DNA from: Octopus bimaculoides
Taxonomy: Eukaryota
DNA length: 64,000 nt
Direction: 5' to 3'
Assembly: GCF_001194135.2 (NCBI RefSeq)
Contig: NC_068989.1
Span: 1,203,419 to 1,267,418, forward strand
This document shows positions 39,241 to 51,270 of this stretch, piece after piece. How positions within the stretch are numbered: the first letter of the stretch is position 1; every line of letters starts with the position of its first letter. A program made the translations under genes and the position numbers. The notes under the pieces are model-generated. The model had not been told where the DNA came from and made no database searches. It was given only the letters and a program-made list of their open reading frames with translations.

Positions 39241-39889
39241 TACTCCTTGACCATTTAGGAAGACACATTGGGTAATATACTCTTTACTACTCCTAAGCAC
39301 AAGGCCTGAAATTTTTGGTGAGGGTGCCAGTGGATTAGATCGACCCCAGTATGCAACTGGTTCTTATTGACCCCGAAAGGATGAAAGGCAAAGTTGACCT
39401 CAGCAGAATTTGAACTCAGAACGTGAAGACAGATAAAATACCACTAAGCGTTTCACCCAGTGTGCTAATGTTTCTGCCAGCTCACCGCTTTACATTGGGT
39501 AATATATATATGTACTATGTCTAGAAAAATAAGACATGATGGCCATGGCTGGAAGTCTCTTGATTATAAATCTACTGTTCAGGACTGACCTGGTGATTAA
39601 ACATTAACATCAACACCAACTAATATAAAACTGATGTTTTTTTTTTTTTATGAATGAAGAGAGAGAAAGGGAGTGAAGCCAATGTGTTTGTGTAATGCCA
39701 CACACACACACACACAGCCACAGTCACAGCTTTTATCCTTTTATGGTTCATCTACCTTTAACCAGTTACTGTTACTAGAAATCTCAGAATTTTATTGCCA
39801 AATGTCAGATTACTTAAATCTCCCTGTCGGTTGCTATTATAAGATTGAAATTTCACACTTGAGATAAATAAATATAAATATGGGAGAAA

Positions 39890-39935
39890 TCCTATATATT
39901 ATAAAAGAGAAACGGACCTCTGTCTGTCTGTCACA
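39890..39935 (+). mobile_element. Possible Helitron 5' end
   Basis: A|TCCTATATATTATAAAAGAGAAACGGACCTCTGTCTGTCTGTC resembles common Helitron 5' termini. No 3' end was found. Confidence 0.4.
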
Positions 39936-40029
39936 TTTATAAGAGGGAGGAAAAGAATGGGAGGAATCAAGATATATGTCACAACATTATTAGAAGAAGG
40001 GGAGAAGAAAAAGTTGCTGGATGAGACAT

Positions 40030-40107
<78 letters not shown>

Positions 40108-42081
40108 TGTGTGTGTGTAAAATAGATAGATAGGTGGTGTTGTCACCATAGTAACCAACAAGTTTTGATTTATAATATGGGAATTTTAACTGGAAGTCTG
40201 TCAACAACACAACATACACTTCACAAAATGGCTATATGTATAGTTATTTTTGTTTCTTGGTTGTTTGTGTGTGGGGCTGTTTCTGTGTCTTTCAACATAT
40301 AAACAATCCAACACAAATTTCAAAAAAAGACTTTCATTTTGAACAATTTATGAAGGTATGTGCATGATTAACAAATATTTGTTATACTGGCACCATAGCA
40401 ACAGGCAATGACTTAGTAAATAGAAAATATGGGAGAAATAAATATGAAAGTTCATAAGTTTTTAAGGGAATTAACTCTGTAAAGCAGCAAATTTGTGAAA
40501 AAAAGAAAAGAAAAGTGCATTCAATTTTTTTCTGTATAATTTGGACATTTATTTCTTCTGATGCCCCTAAACAGCCCAGATCAAAAATCCCCCAAATCAG
40601 AGTGAATGACTTACTACAAAAAGAAAAAGGAAAGCATTTTCCAAAAATTACAATATGTTAATAAAAGGGTTGAATATTTTGGTTACAGGCAAAATGAAAC
40701 CTCTATTACTCCATCATCTTTCATTATTACATTTAAGACACCTCAATTAATATACCCTTTCTTAATGAATTCCATTAATACGATATATTATAACCTAGTT
40801 AAAAGATTTCTGTCAGGACACTAATAAATGTGAAGTCAGAATATCCATTTCACAGATAATTATGAATCTTATCTGTAAGCACTGACCTCGTTTATTTGCT
40901 TGCTCATAATTATGCAACAAACCATTTCGTATTGAGATTTTAGGTTTAGACAACACAAACATATTCCCTCAAGATTTTCTTTTAGTTTAGTGATCTTGTT
41001 TGATTGGATTATGTAGAATTTTCCCTCATGACATTGTCATATAGATATATATGGTCGAGAGTGTTAGAGTGCATGTGCATGCACGTGTGCACACACACAC
41101 ACACACTTTTAAAACCTTCCTACCCTTAATAAGCATTTTCCTAACAACTGATAAAGAATAGAAACAACCTTAAACTAAGTTACAGTTGTACTCTCAAAAT
41201 GAAAAACTTAATAGCATATTTAATGTAACACTTAAGGGATTATATGTGGTAGAAGTTACTTTCATAAAACCAGACTTGATACTTTAGGTCTAGTTTATCT
41301 ACTTATGTTTGTTGTTTGAAAGAACATGCTACTTATTTCAACAATAAGTAAAAGATCTTCAAGAAATACAGATTGTTTAGAAATGGGACAAAACTTTCAG
41401 CTTATACAGAGTCGAGAAGATTCTCATATTCAGAACTTTAACAAATGCATCAGCTGTCTAAACGTCAGATCAGAAACCTTAATAAATGCTATCATTTGAA
41501 GGTCCCATCACTGCTTGAATAAAGAGGCAAATACTTAAATATTTACTTGGAACAATAAACATTTTCTCTTTATTTTTCCTCTTCCTTTGTAATCCTCTCA
41601 TCAACACTTTTAATCTCACAATACTTTGTAACAATAGACTCTGATATTTTTAACCATTTTATCTTTCCGTATTCATTTCTATATTGCAGAAGGGATCAAT
41701 ATTTATCTGTTTAAAAAGAAACAGTCACTCTTTTTTCTCTTCCATTTTGATCTGCCAAAAGATACTTTTGATCTCACTACATCTTATAACTCTTTCATGA
41801 TTTATATTCTCATCTCCAACTTTTCATTTTTGTGTACTAAAAGCTGAGAAATGTTACTTTGTAAACCTTAAAGTACTTCTTTACACTTTCACCTTTCTTC
41901 CAACTTCAGGTTTTTGTTACTCAAATCTGTGGTCATTTCTCTTGGGACTCTTTTTCTGCTGGTTTTCAACTTTCATCTTCTTTTTTTTCTTGCTTGAATC
42001 TTTGGAGAACTGTCTTTGGTTAGAAAGCAATGCACTTACATTATTTACATTTGATGGATATTTGTCCTCGTCTCTGTTGTT

Positions 42082-42128
42082 AACACAGCGTTTCGGCTGA
42101 TATACCCTCCAGCCTTCATCAGGTGTCT
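42082..42128 (-). ncRNA. Minimal type I hammerhead ribozyme motif (U16.1 to C)
   Basis: GACAC-CUGAUGA-A-GGCUG-GAGGGUAUAU-CAGCC-GAAA-CG-CU-GUGUU. Helix II is a perfect 5 bp and helix I is 5 bp (GACAC/GUGUU). Confidence 0.7.
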
Positions 42129-42323
42129 TGGGGAAATTTCGAACCTGGGTTCTCGTTCTTAATTTATTTTTTTTATTTTGTTGTCTTTGTTCTTATCATT
42201 CAGGTCACTGCCTAGAATCTTGGGGTTAGTAGCCCGCACTTTTAACCACTACTCCGTATGCTCCTAGTGGTTAAGATCGTGAGCTACTAACCCCAAGATT
42301 CCAAGTTCGATTCCAATCAGTGA

Positions 42324-42373
<50 letters not shown>

Positions 42374-42420
42374 TCGAAAAATACCATGGGAATGAGAACC
42401 CAGGTTCGAAATTCCCCCAA

Positions 42421-42466
42421 GACATCTGATGAAGTCTGGGTGGTATATCAGCTGAAATGTTGTGTT
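42421..42466 (+). ncRNA. Minimal type I hammerhead ribozyme motif (core intact, helix II weakened)
   Basis: GACAU-CUGAUGA-A-GUCUG-loop-CAGCU-GAAA-UG-UU-GUGUU. The pairing was derived by hand. Confidence 0.65.
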
Positions 42467-43137
42467 AACAACAAGCAAGATGAGGACAAATATCTGTCTA
42501 ATGTAAATAATGTACATAATTGATCATCTCTTAAATATAGAACTGTAGCAATGCAGTTGCTTGGTAGAAAGTTTCATGCTATTCTCAGCATCATGACAGA
42601 TAAACATTGTAGTTATCATTTCTAAAAGAATTCCAGGAAATCTCCCCTGGTTTATAATGTTAAAAGGTAAGAGTGAATAACATGAAAATGCCGTGTGGAA
42701 GGGAGATAATCTTGGTATCAGTAAGCTGAATGAATTCATTTCTGATATAACCGTTTGTGAGTGTGTACATATATATTTGTAGGTGTATACTTACACACAT
42801 ACACAATATATCTATGTGTGTGTGTGTGTGTGTATATGTTTTAGAGCTGTAACGAAGTCGGACCAAAATACCATAAGGTTCTTTTTGTGGCACTGATTTT
42901 TTTTCCATCTCTTTCCTCTGACAGGCTTCTGGACAGTTTCTACATGCCAACTTCAGGCATCTGTGACCTACATGTTAACTCTGTTTATCTGTGTGTATAA
43001 ATATGTGTGATAGGTATTCTAAAACTCCAAGCATTAATTGTGTGTGTCAGTACGTATGGCTGTGAGAGTCGGCATTTAAACTTGGTTTCTATGGAAACAG
43101 CTGTTTTTATCCTAAGTTTCTCTCCTGGATGTTGCAG

Positions 43138-43284
43138 GTTAATAAGTTTGTACAGAGTGATACCAGTAAGAAAAGTTGCAACTGTCAAGATGAATTGTCT
43201 AATTTGTTAGATGACTTCAAGAGAAAAACTGAAACTGAACACAAGAAAGAAATTGAACAAACAGAGAAAAGAGTGTCTGACCGG
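43138..43284 (+). CDS. ZMYND11: ZMYND11 exon: coiled coil, part 1
   Basis: VNKFVQSDT...CNCQDELSNLLDDFKRKTETEHKKEIE resembles human [26 protein letters not shown]. Phase 0/0. Confidence 0.92.
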
Positions 43285-43982
43285 GTAATTGTTTATATAT
43301 GTGTATATATTAATTTTAATACATTTTAGCTATTTATCTATTTTATGGAGAATATATTTGGCCTAAATTAAATGTTTAAGAAAGGACATTTGTCCTTGTA
43401 AGAGCTTCGAATAATAAATAATGAAATGAGTCTTCTATAAAATTATATAGTTTTGTAGAAAACATTTCCAAGACATTCTACATGGACCAGACGCTCTTTC
43501 TAAAGCACACGTAAGAAGAATGGTGTGGCTATATTCACTGTAATCACTCATTCTTCTAGGAGTAGAAATCATGATCTACCTTCTTTAAAACCATATTCTT
43601 TCATTTTCAGTCTCATTGCACAGATTCTTGGACTAATGTCTTTTGGGTGCCTTAAGCCACCCAAAGCCTTTTTCAGTAGATTTGGTAGACAAACCTGGAA
43701 GAAGACCATTGTAATTAGATACATTCATACACACACACACATTTTTGACTGTCTCTTTCTGTGTGCATTTACATTTGTGCAACATACAAGCAGTGATGTT
43801 CTCAGTTTCCCTTTCAGTGAATCGTTAGCTTTTGTACGTATTCAAGTTGTGTGGAATAAGACATCCCTCGCCTGGCAAACAAGTGTTGGCAACAAGAAGA
43901 GCGTCCAGCTGTAAAATAATGCCTCAATAGCATGTTTGAGTAACCCATGCTAGTTTGGAAAAACAGACATGAAAATGAATGT

Positions 43983-44027
<45 letters not shown>

Positions 44028-44364
44028 CACATACGTATATCCTTGTATGGTGTAACTTAAATGTCATGCCATATCAGCAGTATTTATAACATGATGTGCT
44101 TCTTTGTTCTTCAGAAAAAGAAGTTCTTTATAGAGAACTGAAGTATTTTAGGCCAAGTTTCCCTGAAAAAGTCTCCATAGTTACAAAGATCATGGAGTAC
44201 ACACTGAAAATATGAAATCAGAGAAGTGCTTCCAAAATAATACAATAATTTCAGAACTCTCTCTCTGCTTTTGATTTAGAGAAAGTAGTGGTGATGGTGG
44301 TGGTGGTAGTGGTGGTGTTTGAGGATAAGAAGAAACTAATGATTTTCCTTATTTTTATTTCCAG

Positions 44365-44550
44365 CTCCAAAAGGAGTTTGAGATTGATAAGCAGCAGGCT
44401 GTTGCTAGAGCTGTGACAAATATGCAGAGAGAAATTGACCGAGTTCGCCGCCAGACAACAGAGAAGATCAAAGAACAATATATGGAAGAGATGAAAAAAT
44501 TGTCTAAAAAACATAAGGAATATATTTCCTATGTAAAGAAAAAACAATGG
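44365..44550 (+). CDS. ZMYND11: ZMYND11 exon: coiled coil, part 2
   Basis: LQKEFEIDKQQAVARAVTNMQREID...EEMKKLSKKHKEYISYVKKKQW (human KRQAVNKAVANMQGEMD...TKKKQW). Boundaries ttccag| and |gtaagt. Confidence 0.97.
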
Positions 44551-45204
44551 GTAAGTCTGTGTTTTGGTGTATTTTGTGTATGTTTTGGCAGAGTTATAGT
44601 GATGGTAGTTACAGAGGATCGCAACCAAGGCAACCACAAATCTCCTCTGCTACAAGACACATTTCTGTCCTTCTGTTCATCCTCTAACCTCTCTTCTCAG
44701 GGTACAAATCCACCCCTTTCAGTACTACTCCACTCTCAGTCAAGGGGCTGTGTTCTTGCAAGTTACTTGTTGGCCTTTGTCATGTTAGAAGCACCCAGCA
44801 CACACTGTAAAGTGGTTGGGGGCATCCAGCCATAGAAACCATACCAAAACAGAGTAGATCTTGGTGCAGTCTTCTGTCTTGCGAGCTCCTTTCAAACTGT
44901 CCAACCCATGCCAGCATGGAAGGCAGATATTAAATGATGATGAGGAACCACCTAAGAAGATCTGTCTCAGCCACAGTTTGCCGGATTATCAACTGCACAG
45001 TGAAAGTGTTTTATTTGTTTATTGAATGCCTTCTTAACTGGTCGGAGTGGACTCACGTCAATGAGTACCAACCAACCAACCGGACTGCTGTCCAGGTAAT
45101 ATCGTCCATAGATGAAGGCATAGCACAATGAACGTCGTGTGTTAACATCTGAGTTCTGCTGTACCACAGGGAACCCTATAGTAGAGACTTCTCCTCCCTT
45201 TGTA

Positions 45205-45750
45205 TTCTGGGAGGCGAAATTTTTTTTCCAGCGAGAGTTCCGGACCCCAGTTATGAACTCATTTGCATACAGCCAATCAGAAATCAACACTCAAACTAAT
45301 TTATGTGAGGGGCATAACAAGTGATGGGCGACAAGATAAGGTCACTTGGGTAAGGAATGACCATGCTTCTTTTCTCTTTTGATAATGTTTGTTGTTCTTG
45401 GTCTTGTTCCAACCATGACTGCCTCTGCATAGTTACTTGTGTTGCTGTTTACTTTGTAAAACAGTAAGAAGGGGAGAGGGTTTCTAGCACATCACCCTCT
45501 ACCCACATTTTTACTATGTGGGTCCCTAACAAAATCCGATAATAGGTAAATCTGTGTAATTACTTGGCTCCTTCTAAAACCAGGTACAACTTGGCGATCG
45601 GTCGACTTACAACATTGTTCTTTGTCTAGAGAGAGTGTGTTTGTTAACAAAAAGGTCAAGGTGAGCTCTGATTGGCTGTATGCAAATGAGTTCATTACTG
45701 GGATCCGGAACTCTCGTGGGAAAAAGAATTTCACTTCTGGGAGACCACCA
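45205..45750. mobile_element. Probable non-autonomous DNA transposon with ~80-bp inverted repeats
   Basis: 45206-45287 is inverted at 45661-45742. Each arm carries ATTTGCAT and AGCCAATCAG. Confidence 0.65.
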
Positions 45751-46820
45751 TTTCTATCTCCCCCCCCCCAGTGCTTGTCATGCGCCAGGAACATGTGCTG
45801 CAAGGGAGGTAACTTACTATTTCCTAAAACCTGTAGCGCATCTCAGATTATCACAGTTTGTGTTTCATAATTTGGAGTTTTTGGGGGCAGAGGGAATTTG
45901 GGATGTCATAAGTGGTTGTCGTGTTTAGAAAGGACATTGGCAAAGGACAGTGGGAAATAACTGAGCTGGATGTGAAACTGTAACAGCAACTATAATGGAG
46001 ATATAGTTATGGATTAGAGTAGGGTAAAGAATGAGACGATTGTGGTGGAGGGGGGGATTGTATGAATAGAATAAGATGGGAGAGTCATGAGTCAGCTCGG
46101 AAATAAAATCAGAAGCGAGAGAGACATTGATGTTATGATGGAGAACAGTTATATTTCGGTAGAATACAAATTGAATGAAACTAGCAGAACAGAGCTTGCC
46201 CATTCCACTTTATATTGCAATCAGACAAGGATTTGAACTCAACACTTAAGAATTAGTCAGATATTTGTTAGTTATACAGTTATCCTGTTTTTTTTTACAA
46301 CTGTCCCCATCCCAGGAATATAACTTGTAAAATATAGGTTTGTAAACCATGGAGGAGAGGTGAGTTCCAACGTTTTTGACAATATGGCCCCAAATTGACT
46401 TATGTTTGTGTGAGCTAAAATGAATTAGTTTCTAACTCAACGTAATGGTGATAAGGGTTAAAGGGCTGAACTCCTGACTATAAATGTTAGTCATTGAGTT
46501 GTCAAGTACATCACTCTGGTAACTTTATTTTTGTTCAATTTTTTAGCATCAAGTTTCACTGTTTACAATTGATTGACGATTAACGATTGAGAGGATTTAT
46601 TCTGCCACAAAACAATCGTGCCCATGTGGGCATGAGAGGATGAGTGTAAAATAGAGACAAATGAAAGAGCTTAATAGGGGTCAACTTTTAGGGCCTTGTT
46701 GTTGTAGTTACTGGTGAAAGGGCTCAGTTTTCAGTATTTATGGGGTTCAACTTTCACCCCCCCCGACTATTTTCTTTCTTTCTTTCTTGTTCTGACTCGA
46801 CCTTTCCTTTATTATTTTAG

Positions 46821-47111
46821 TGTTTCTTCTGTGGAGAGGAAGCTATGTACCATTGTTGCTGGAATACGGCCTATTGCAGCAAAACGTGCCAAAAGGACCA
46901 CTGGCAAAAAGAACACAAAAACGATTGTCGAAGGCCGCGGCCGAAACCCAACACTACACAGCAGCAGGAACAACAACAGATCGACAGCGACAGCGACAGC
47001 AGCGACGGCAACAACGGGAATCGTACTCATGGTCATGGAAGCAGCAACTTCAGTTTAAGCGGCAGCTCTGGCAGTAGAGACGGCAGCTGTAAAAGCGCCC
47101 TTTACTATTAG
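46821..47111 (+). CDS. ZMYND11: ZMYND11 terminal exon: MYND finger plus C-terminal extension
   Basis: [38 protein letters not shown] is a MYND finger (human [38 protein letters not shown]). Acceptor ttttag|; stop TAG at 47109-47111. Confidence 0.97.
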   Translation, partial: CFFCGEEAMYHCCWNTAYCSKTCQKDHWQKEHKNDCRRPRPKPNTTQQQEQQQIDSDSDSSDGNNGNRTHGHGSSNFSLSGSSGSRDGSCKSALYY

Positions 47112-48042
47112 ACTTGTAACTTTGTGCTTAAGCATTTAGAAATGAAATGACAACAACAAATAATAGAAACCTATTCTCCATTCCTCTCGCCCATCATGTC
47201 AGTATTGAAAAAAACCAATGCTCTTCAGAATTTTGGTCTTTTAATTGAGATCGTGTGAACTCAATAATGATGATAATGACAAAAAAAAAAGATGAAAAAA
47301 AAAGATGAAAAAAAAAGATAAAAAAAAAACAGCATAGTAAACATTCATTGATGCCCATCCTTGCTTTCATTTCATTGTCGTTATATATTTTTGTTTTCTA
47401 AAATTTTTAGATAACTTTTCATTGGTCTTTTATCCTTCTCTCAGAATTGAACGATTTCAGTATTGCAGAATAACGAAAGAATTTCTACAAAATTAAAAAT
47501 GACAAAAAGAATGAAATTGCATAAAATACCAGAGAAAAACATAACTGAAAGAACACCTATAAAGACACACAAACACACATACACACACAGACGAGAATTT
47601 GTGAGTATATCCTCATGTTTGTCTCTATGTCTCTTTCCCTGTGTGTGTGTATATATATTTACTCTCGCTCACACACACACCAACACACACATGTATTTAA
47701 AAGAGTTATTACATAGTGTTAGGACAATTAAAGGGATGATGTAAACTTATGGTGAATGTTTTTTTGTCAACAGTCCATGTTGTTTTTCTATGAATTCAGT
47801 CCTTCTCTTTGTTGCAGGTGATTGCACCGTTTTGTAAATGAGAAAAACCCCTATTTAGTTCTGTCCCAGTTTGCATTAATATCAATATACCAGTCACCAT
47901 CCTACCAGTTGCTCTTCTCTCTCTGGTCAGGGAAATCAGTCACCTGTCTCTGATGAAGTGGTTGATCCAAAACACTGAAACCATGCAGGTAAATGTCTCT
48001 TTTTACACCTGGCCACAGACAGAAAATCCTATGCTTTAACCA

Positions 48043-48080
<38 letters not shown>

Positions 48081-48096
48081 ACATACCGATAATCCC

Positions 48097-48130
<34 letters not shown>

Positions 48131-48442
48131 ATCGTGTGTTTTTATTGATATCTTTATGTACCTATAAATCTCTTTCTCTCTCTTCATACACACACACACA
48201 CACACCACACGCATCGACTGAGGTACATACATTCATGTAAATATCTTCACATTTGCATGCTCATTCATATATATACACATCCATCTCTAAACAAACAAAC
48301 ACTCATTCATCAATCTCTTCATTCATCAATCTCCTCATTCATCAATCTCCTTACAAGCTCTTGTGGCCACACATTTCATTCGATCTACTTAAAAGCACCC
48401 ACATGCATACACACATACACACATGTGCACACATACGCATAC

Positions 48443-48489
<47 letters not shown>

Positions 48490-48806
48490 TGTATACACAC
48501 AACGATAGTTTAGTCTTGATACTGAAACCACACGAATAGAGGTCCCACCCCTGGTGCAGTTTCCACCCATACCACTCTTTGTGAAAGCACATAACTTTAA
48601 ATAATCTGTGACAAACAATTAACCTACAAGGCAGAGCCCCAGCATGGCCACAGTCTATTAACTGCAACAAGTAGAAGCTAAAAGATGCACACATATGCGT
48701 AGTAGATGAATTTTTACTTAACCCTGACTTAAAATTTCATCTGAAGAATGCTTTTCTTTAAGCATAAACATTTATGCTTTGGGAAATCAGCAATATTTAT
48801 CAAGGA

Positions 48807-49160
48807 CAGAGGCTCTCAACCCCTTTTTCTTTTTAACCTGTGGACCCTGTTTTGTTACTATTTTTGACTCTAGTGGATCCCCTCGTAGCCATTCAGTATT
48901 TTATAGATGCTTCTTTGAAAGTTCCTTTTTTTCTGTTTTTCACCCATTCACTTGTAGAAGTTTGGTAAGAGCAACGTTTGAGAGCAGCCAGGAATATGTT
49001 AAACTCTGTAAAACGCTAGGAAAAGAAACCTGTTCCTTGCAATAAATACATTAAAAGCAAGATGTATTCATGGACCCTTATTACTGTGGACCCCCGATTT
49101 AATATTTTGCATGTGTGAACCCCTAAAAATCTTAATATGGACCCTGGTTGAGAACCAGTG
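48807..49160. mobile_element. hAT (Charlie-like) MITE
   Basis: TIRs cagaggctctcaacc and ggttgagaaccagtg (Charlie-type CAGTGGTTCTCAACC). The 8-bp flanks atcaagga and atctaggg match at 6/8. Confidence 0.75.
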
Positions 49161-50748
49161 ATCTAGGGTTTTATAGAAATCTATTTAGCTCTGAGCAAGA
49201 AGAGAAAAATCAGGACTGATTTCAGCAATGGCCAACTTGTGTTCAGGATGTTGGTGAGTGAAGGATTTGCCTTAGCTGGAGAGGAATGGGGAGATCTTGG
49301 TGTGTTGTCTGAAGAATGTTGCCATTCTATGTGTGACTTACAAATGGCTGAGTAAATATTTAAGGATGAAATGAAAGCCAAGGATGGATGTGTGATGTTA
49401 GCATGAGAGTCTGGAAGTGGGTGGTGATGGTTGTAGCAGGGGAGGCAGAATGGTTTGAGTTATCTTGTTTCTGGCTTTGAATATTGATTGAATACTGATA
49501 GATTAATCTGATTCCTTCTCTCCATCTTTAGACAGGCATGAAGATTGAAAATGTTAGCAGAAAGAGGAAAGTGAACTAGTAAGAAACCCTGCCTTTCTTC
49601 AATGTATTAACACCATAAATAGATTTAGTCGGATATCAAAACTGGATCACAGGCTCATATCAGTAAAAGTAGAACTTGACGGGGCTTACACACATACATC
49701 TCTTGAATAATCTTTTATTTTTTATATTAGCAATAATGATAATCCTCACTGGTCCATTTGGTTGTTGGAACATCACTAAAAACCGAACCCTCCAACTTCT
49801 ATTTACTACAGGTATTGAACTCAACACTTCAAACTAACAATGGCTCTATTGTGTACAATGACATGGTTTTATCCTGTTGTGGTTCATTATTTCCAGATAA
49901 GAACTGACACATTGAAAGTTTAGTGTCTTGTCTTCAATATTGACAATATTTATGATAGAATAACCACCAGCAAAGCCTTCAGATGGTTGCTTGGAACTCA
50001 AGCAACTCAGAAGTAACTTTACATACACACACACACGTGCACACACTTTGTGGGTTAACATGGCTACCAATGGTTTCGTGTAAAGGAGGATCCAAAATGG
50101 AGTTGAGTACCAACATCTCCATGTGGCAGGCTTAAAAATTGTTAAGAGATATTTCTCTTTACATGAAACCATTGGTTGCCTTGTTAACTGACAAAGAATA
50201 TTTATCTACCAACGTTGAGCACTCATTCTCACTGCTTGATATTAGCTAATAGACACACACACACACTCACACATATATATGAGAGAGAGAGAGAGAGAGA
50301 GTGCATGCCAGTCTTTAATGTATACCCAACTCCTTCATAATCCTCCTAACATTGAAAGCTATAGGGAAAAGAAAACCCTTCGTTAAAACCTCCAGCACAC
50401 ATTATTTTTGTCATTAACTAGAATGTGGTCATGCAAGTATTTTTATATATAAACACATTAACTTATAGACTTCAAGACACATTTCTATGAAGGCACCAAT
50501 TTGTGTGTGTGTGTTTGTAAACTGTCCGGTACGTATATGCTGCGTTTAATACATCCAGGTCTTTATATTTTATATCTACATAAAAAACATAATTTTTTTT
50601 TGTTTCTGATGAAGGCCTTTCTTTGAAATGTCGGGGTTGTTGTCTCTCCACACAGACACGCACGTATGCACGCCATAAGCTCTATGTAATCAGATCAATA
50701 ACAGTTTAGGATTGTTACAGGGTGCACACACTACAACACACAGTTTAG

Positions 50749-50781
<33 letters not shown>

Positions 50782-51044
50782 CAATAATAATGGTTTCTGA
50801 TTTAAGCACAAGGCCAGTAGCAAGTTTGAGGAGAGGGGTTTAGTCTGTATCATTGACTCCCGTATTAGATTGATATTATATCTTATTGACTCTGAAAAGA
50901 TGAAAAGCAAAGCCGACCTTGGTAGGACTTGAACTCAAGATATAAAGAACGAAAAGAAGTTCTGCAAAGCAGGTTTTTCCGACTTTCTAGTAATTCTGTT
51001 CGTTCACATCCTTCCTCCAATAATAATAATAATATGTAAATTCT

Positions 51045-51270
51045 TCAAGGTGGCAAACTGGCAGAACCGTTAGCATGCCGGGCAAAATGCTTAGCAGTAT
51101 TTTGTCTGCCTCTACGTTCTGAGTTCAAATTCTGCCGAGGTTGACTTTGCCTGTCATCCTTTTTCGGGGTTGATTAAATAAGTACCAGTTACACACTGGG
51201 GTCGATGTAATCAACTTAATCCCTTTGTTTGTCCCCTCTATGTTTAGCCCCCTGTGGGCAATAAAGAAAT
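51045..51270 (+). mobile_element. tRNA-derived SINE family A (representative copy)
   Basis: ggtggc..ctggcagaaccgttagc...gagttcaaattc...ggggtcgatgtaatc. Other copies lie at about 3600-3760(-), 4075-4290(-), 6830-6930(-), 15490-15620(+), 17178-17335(+), 17720-17915(+), 24570-24680(-), 39290-39490(-), 50790-50960(-) and 53975-54200(+). Confidence 0.8.

Larger units (their letters stand above)
42036..42548. mobile_element. Head-to-head pair of non-autonomous tRNA-head/hammerhead-tail elements (Penelope 3' module)
   Basis: 42036-42260 (-) and 42261-42548 (+) both match 58940-59165 and the terminal ...catctcttaaatatagaactgtag seen at 58055-58080. There is no ORF portion. Confidence 0.88.

Noticed and set aside
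45166-45750. T7-promoter-like strings (ccctatagt, gggagaccac; also at about 54967) suggesting vector contamination
   Set aside because: Only 9-10 bp match, and they sit in TE-like context without other vector sequence.
50601-50640. Another hammerhead-like string (CTGATGAAGG...GAAATGTC)
   Set aside because: Helices I and II are mostly G-U pairs or out of register. It may be a fossil Penelope tail, but it is too decayed to support.
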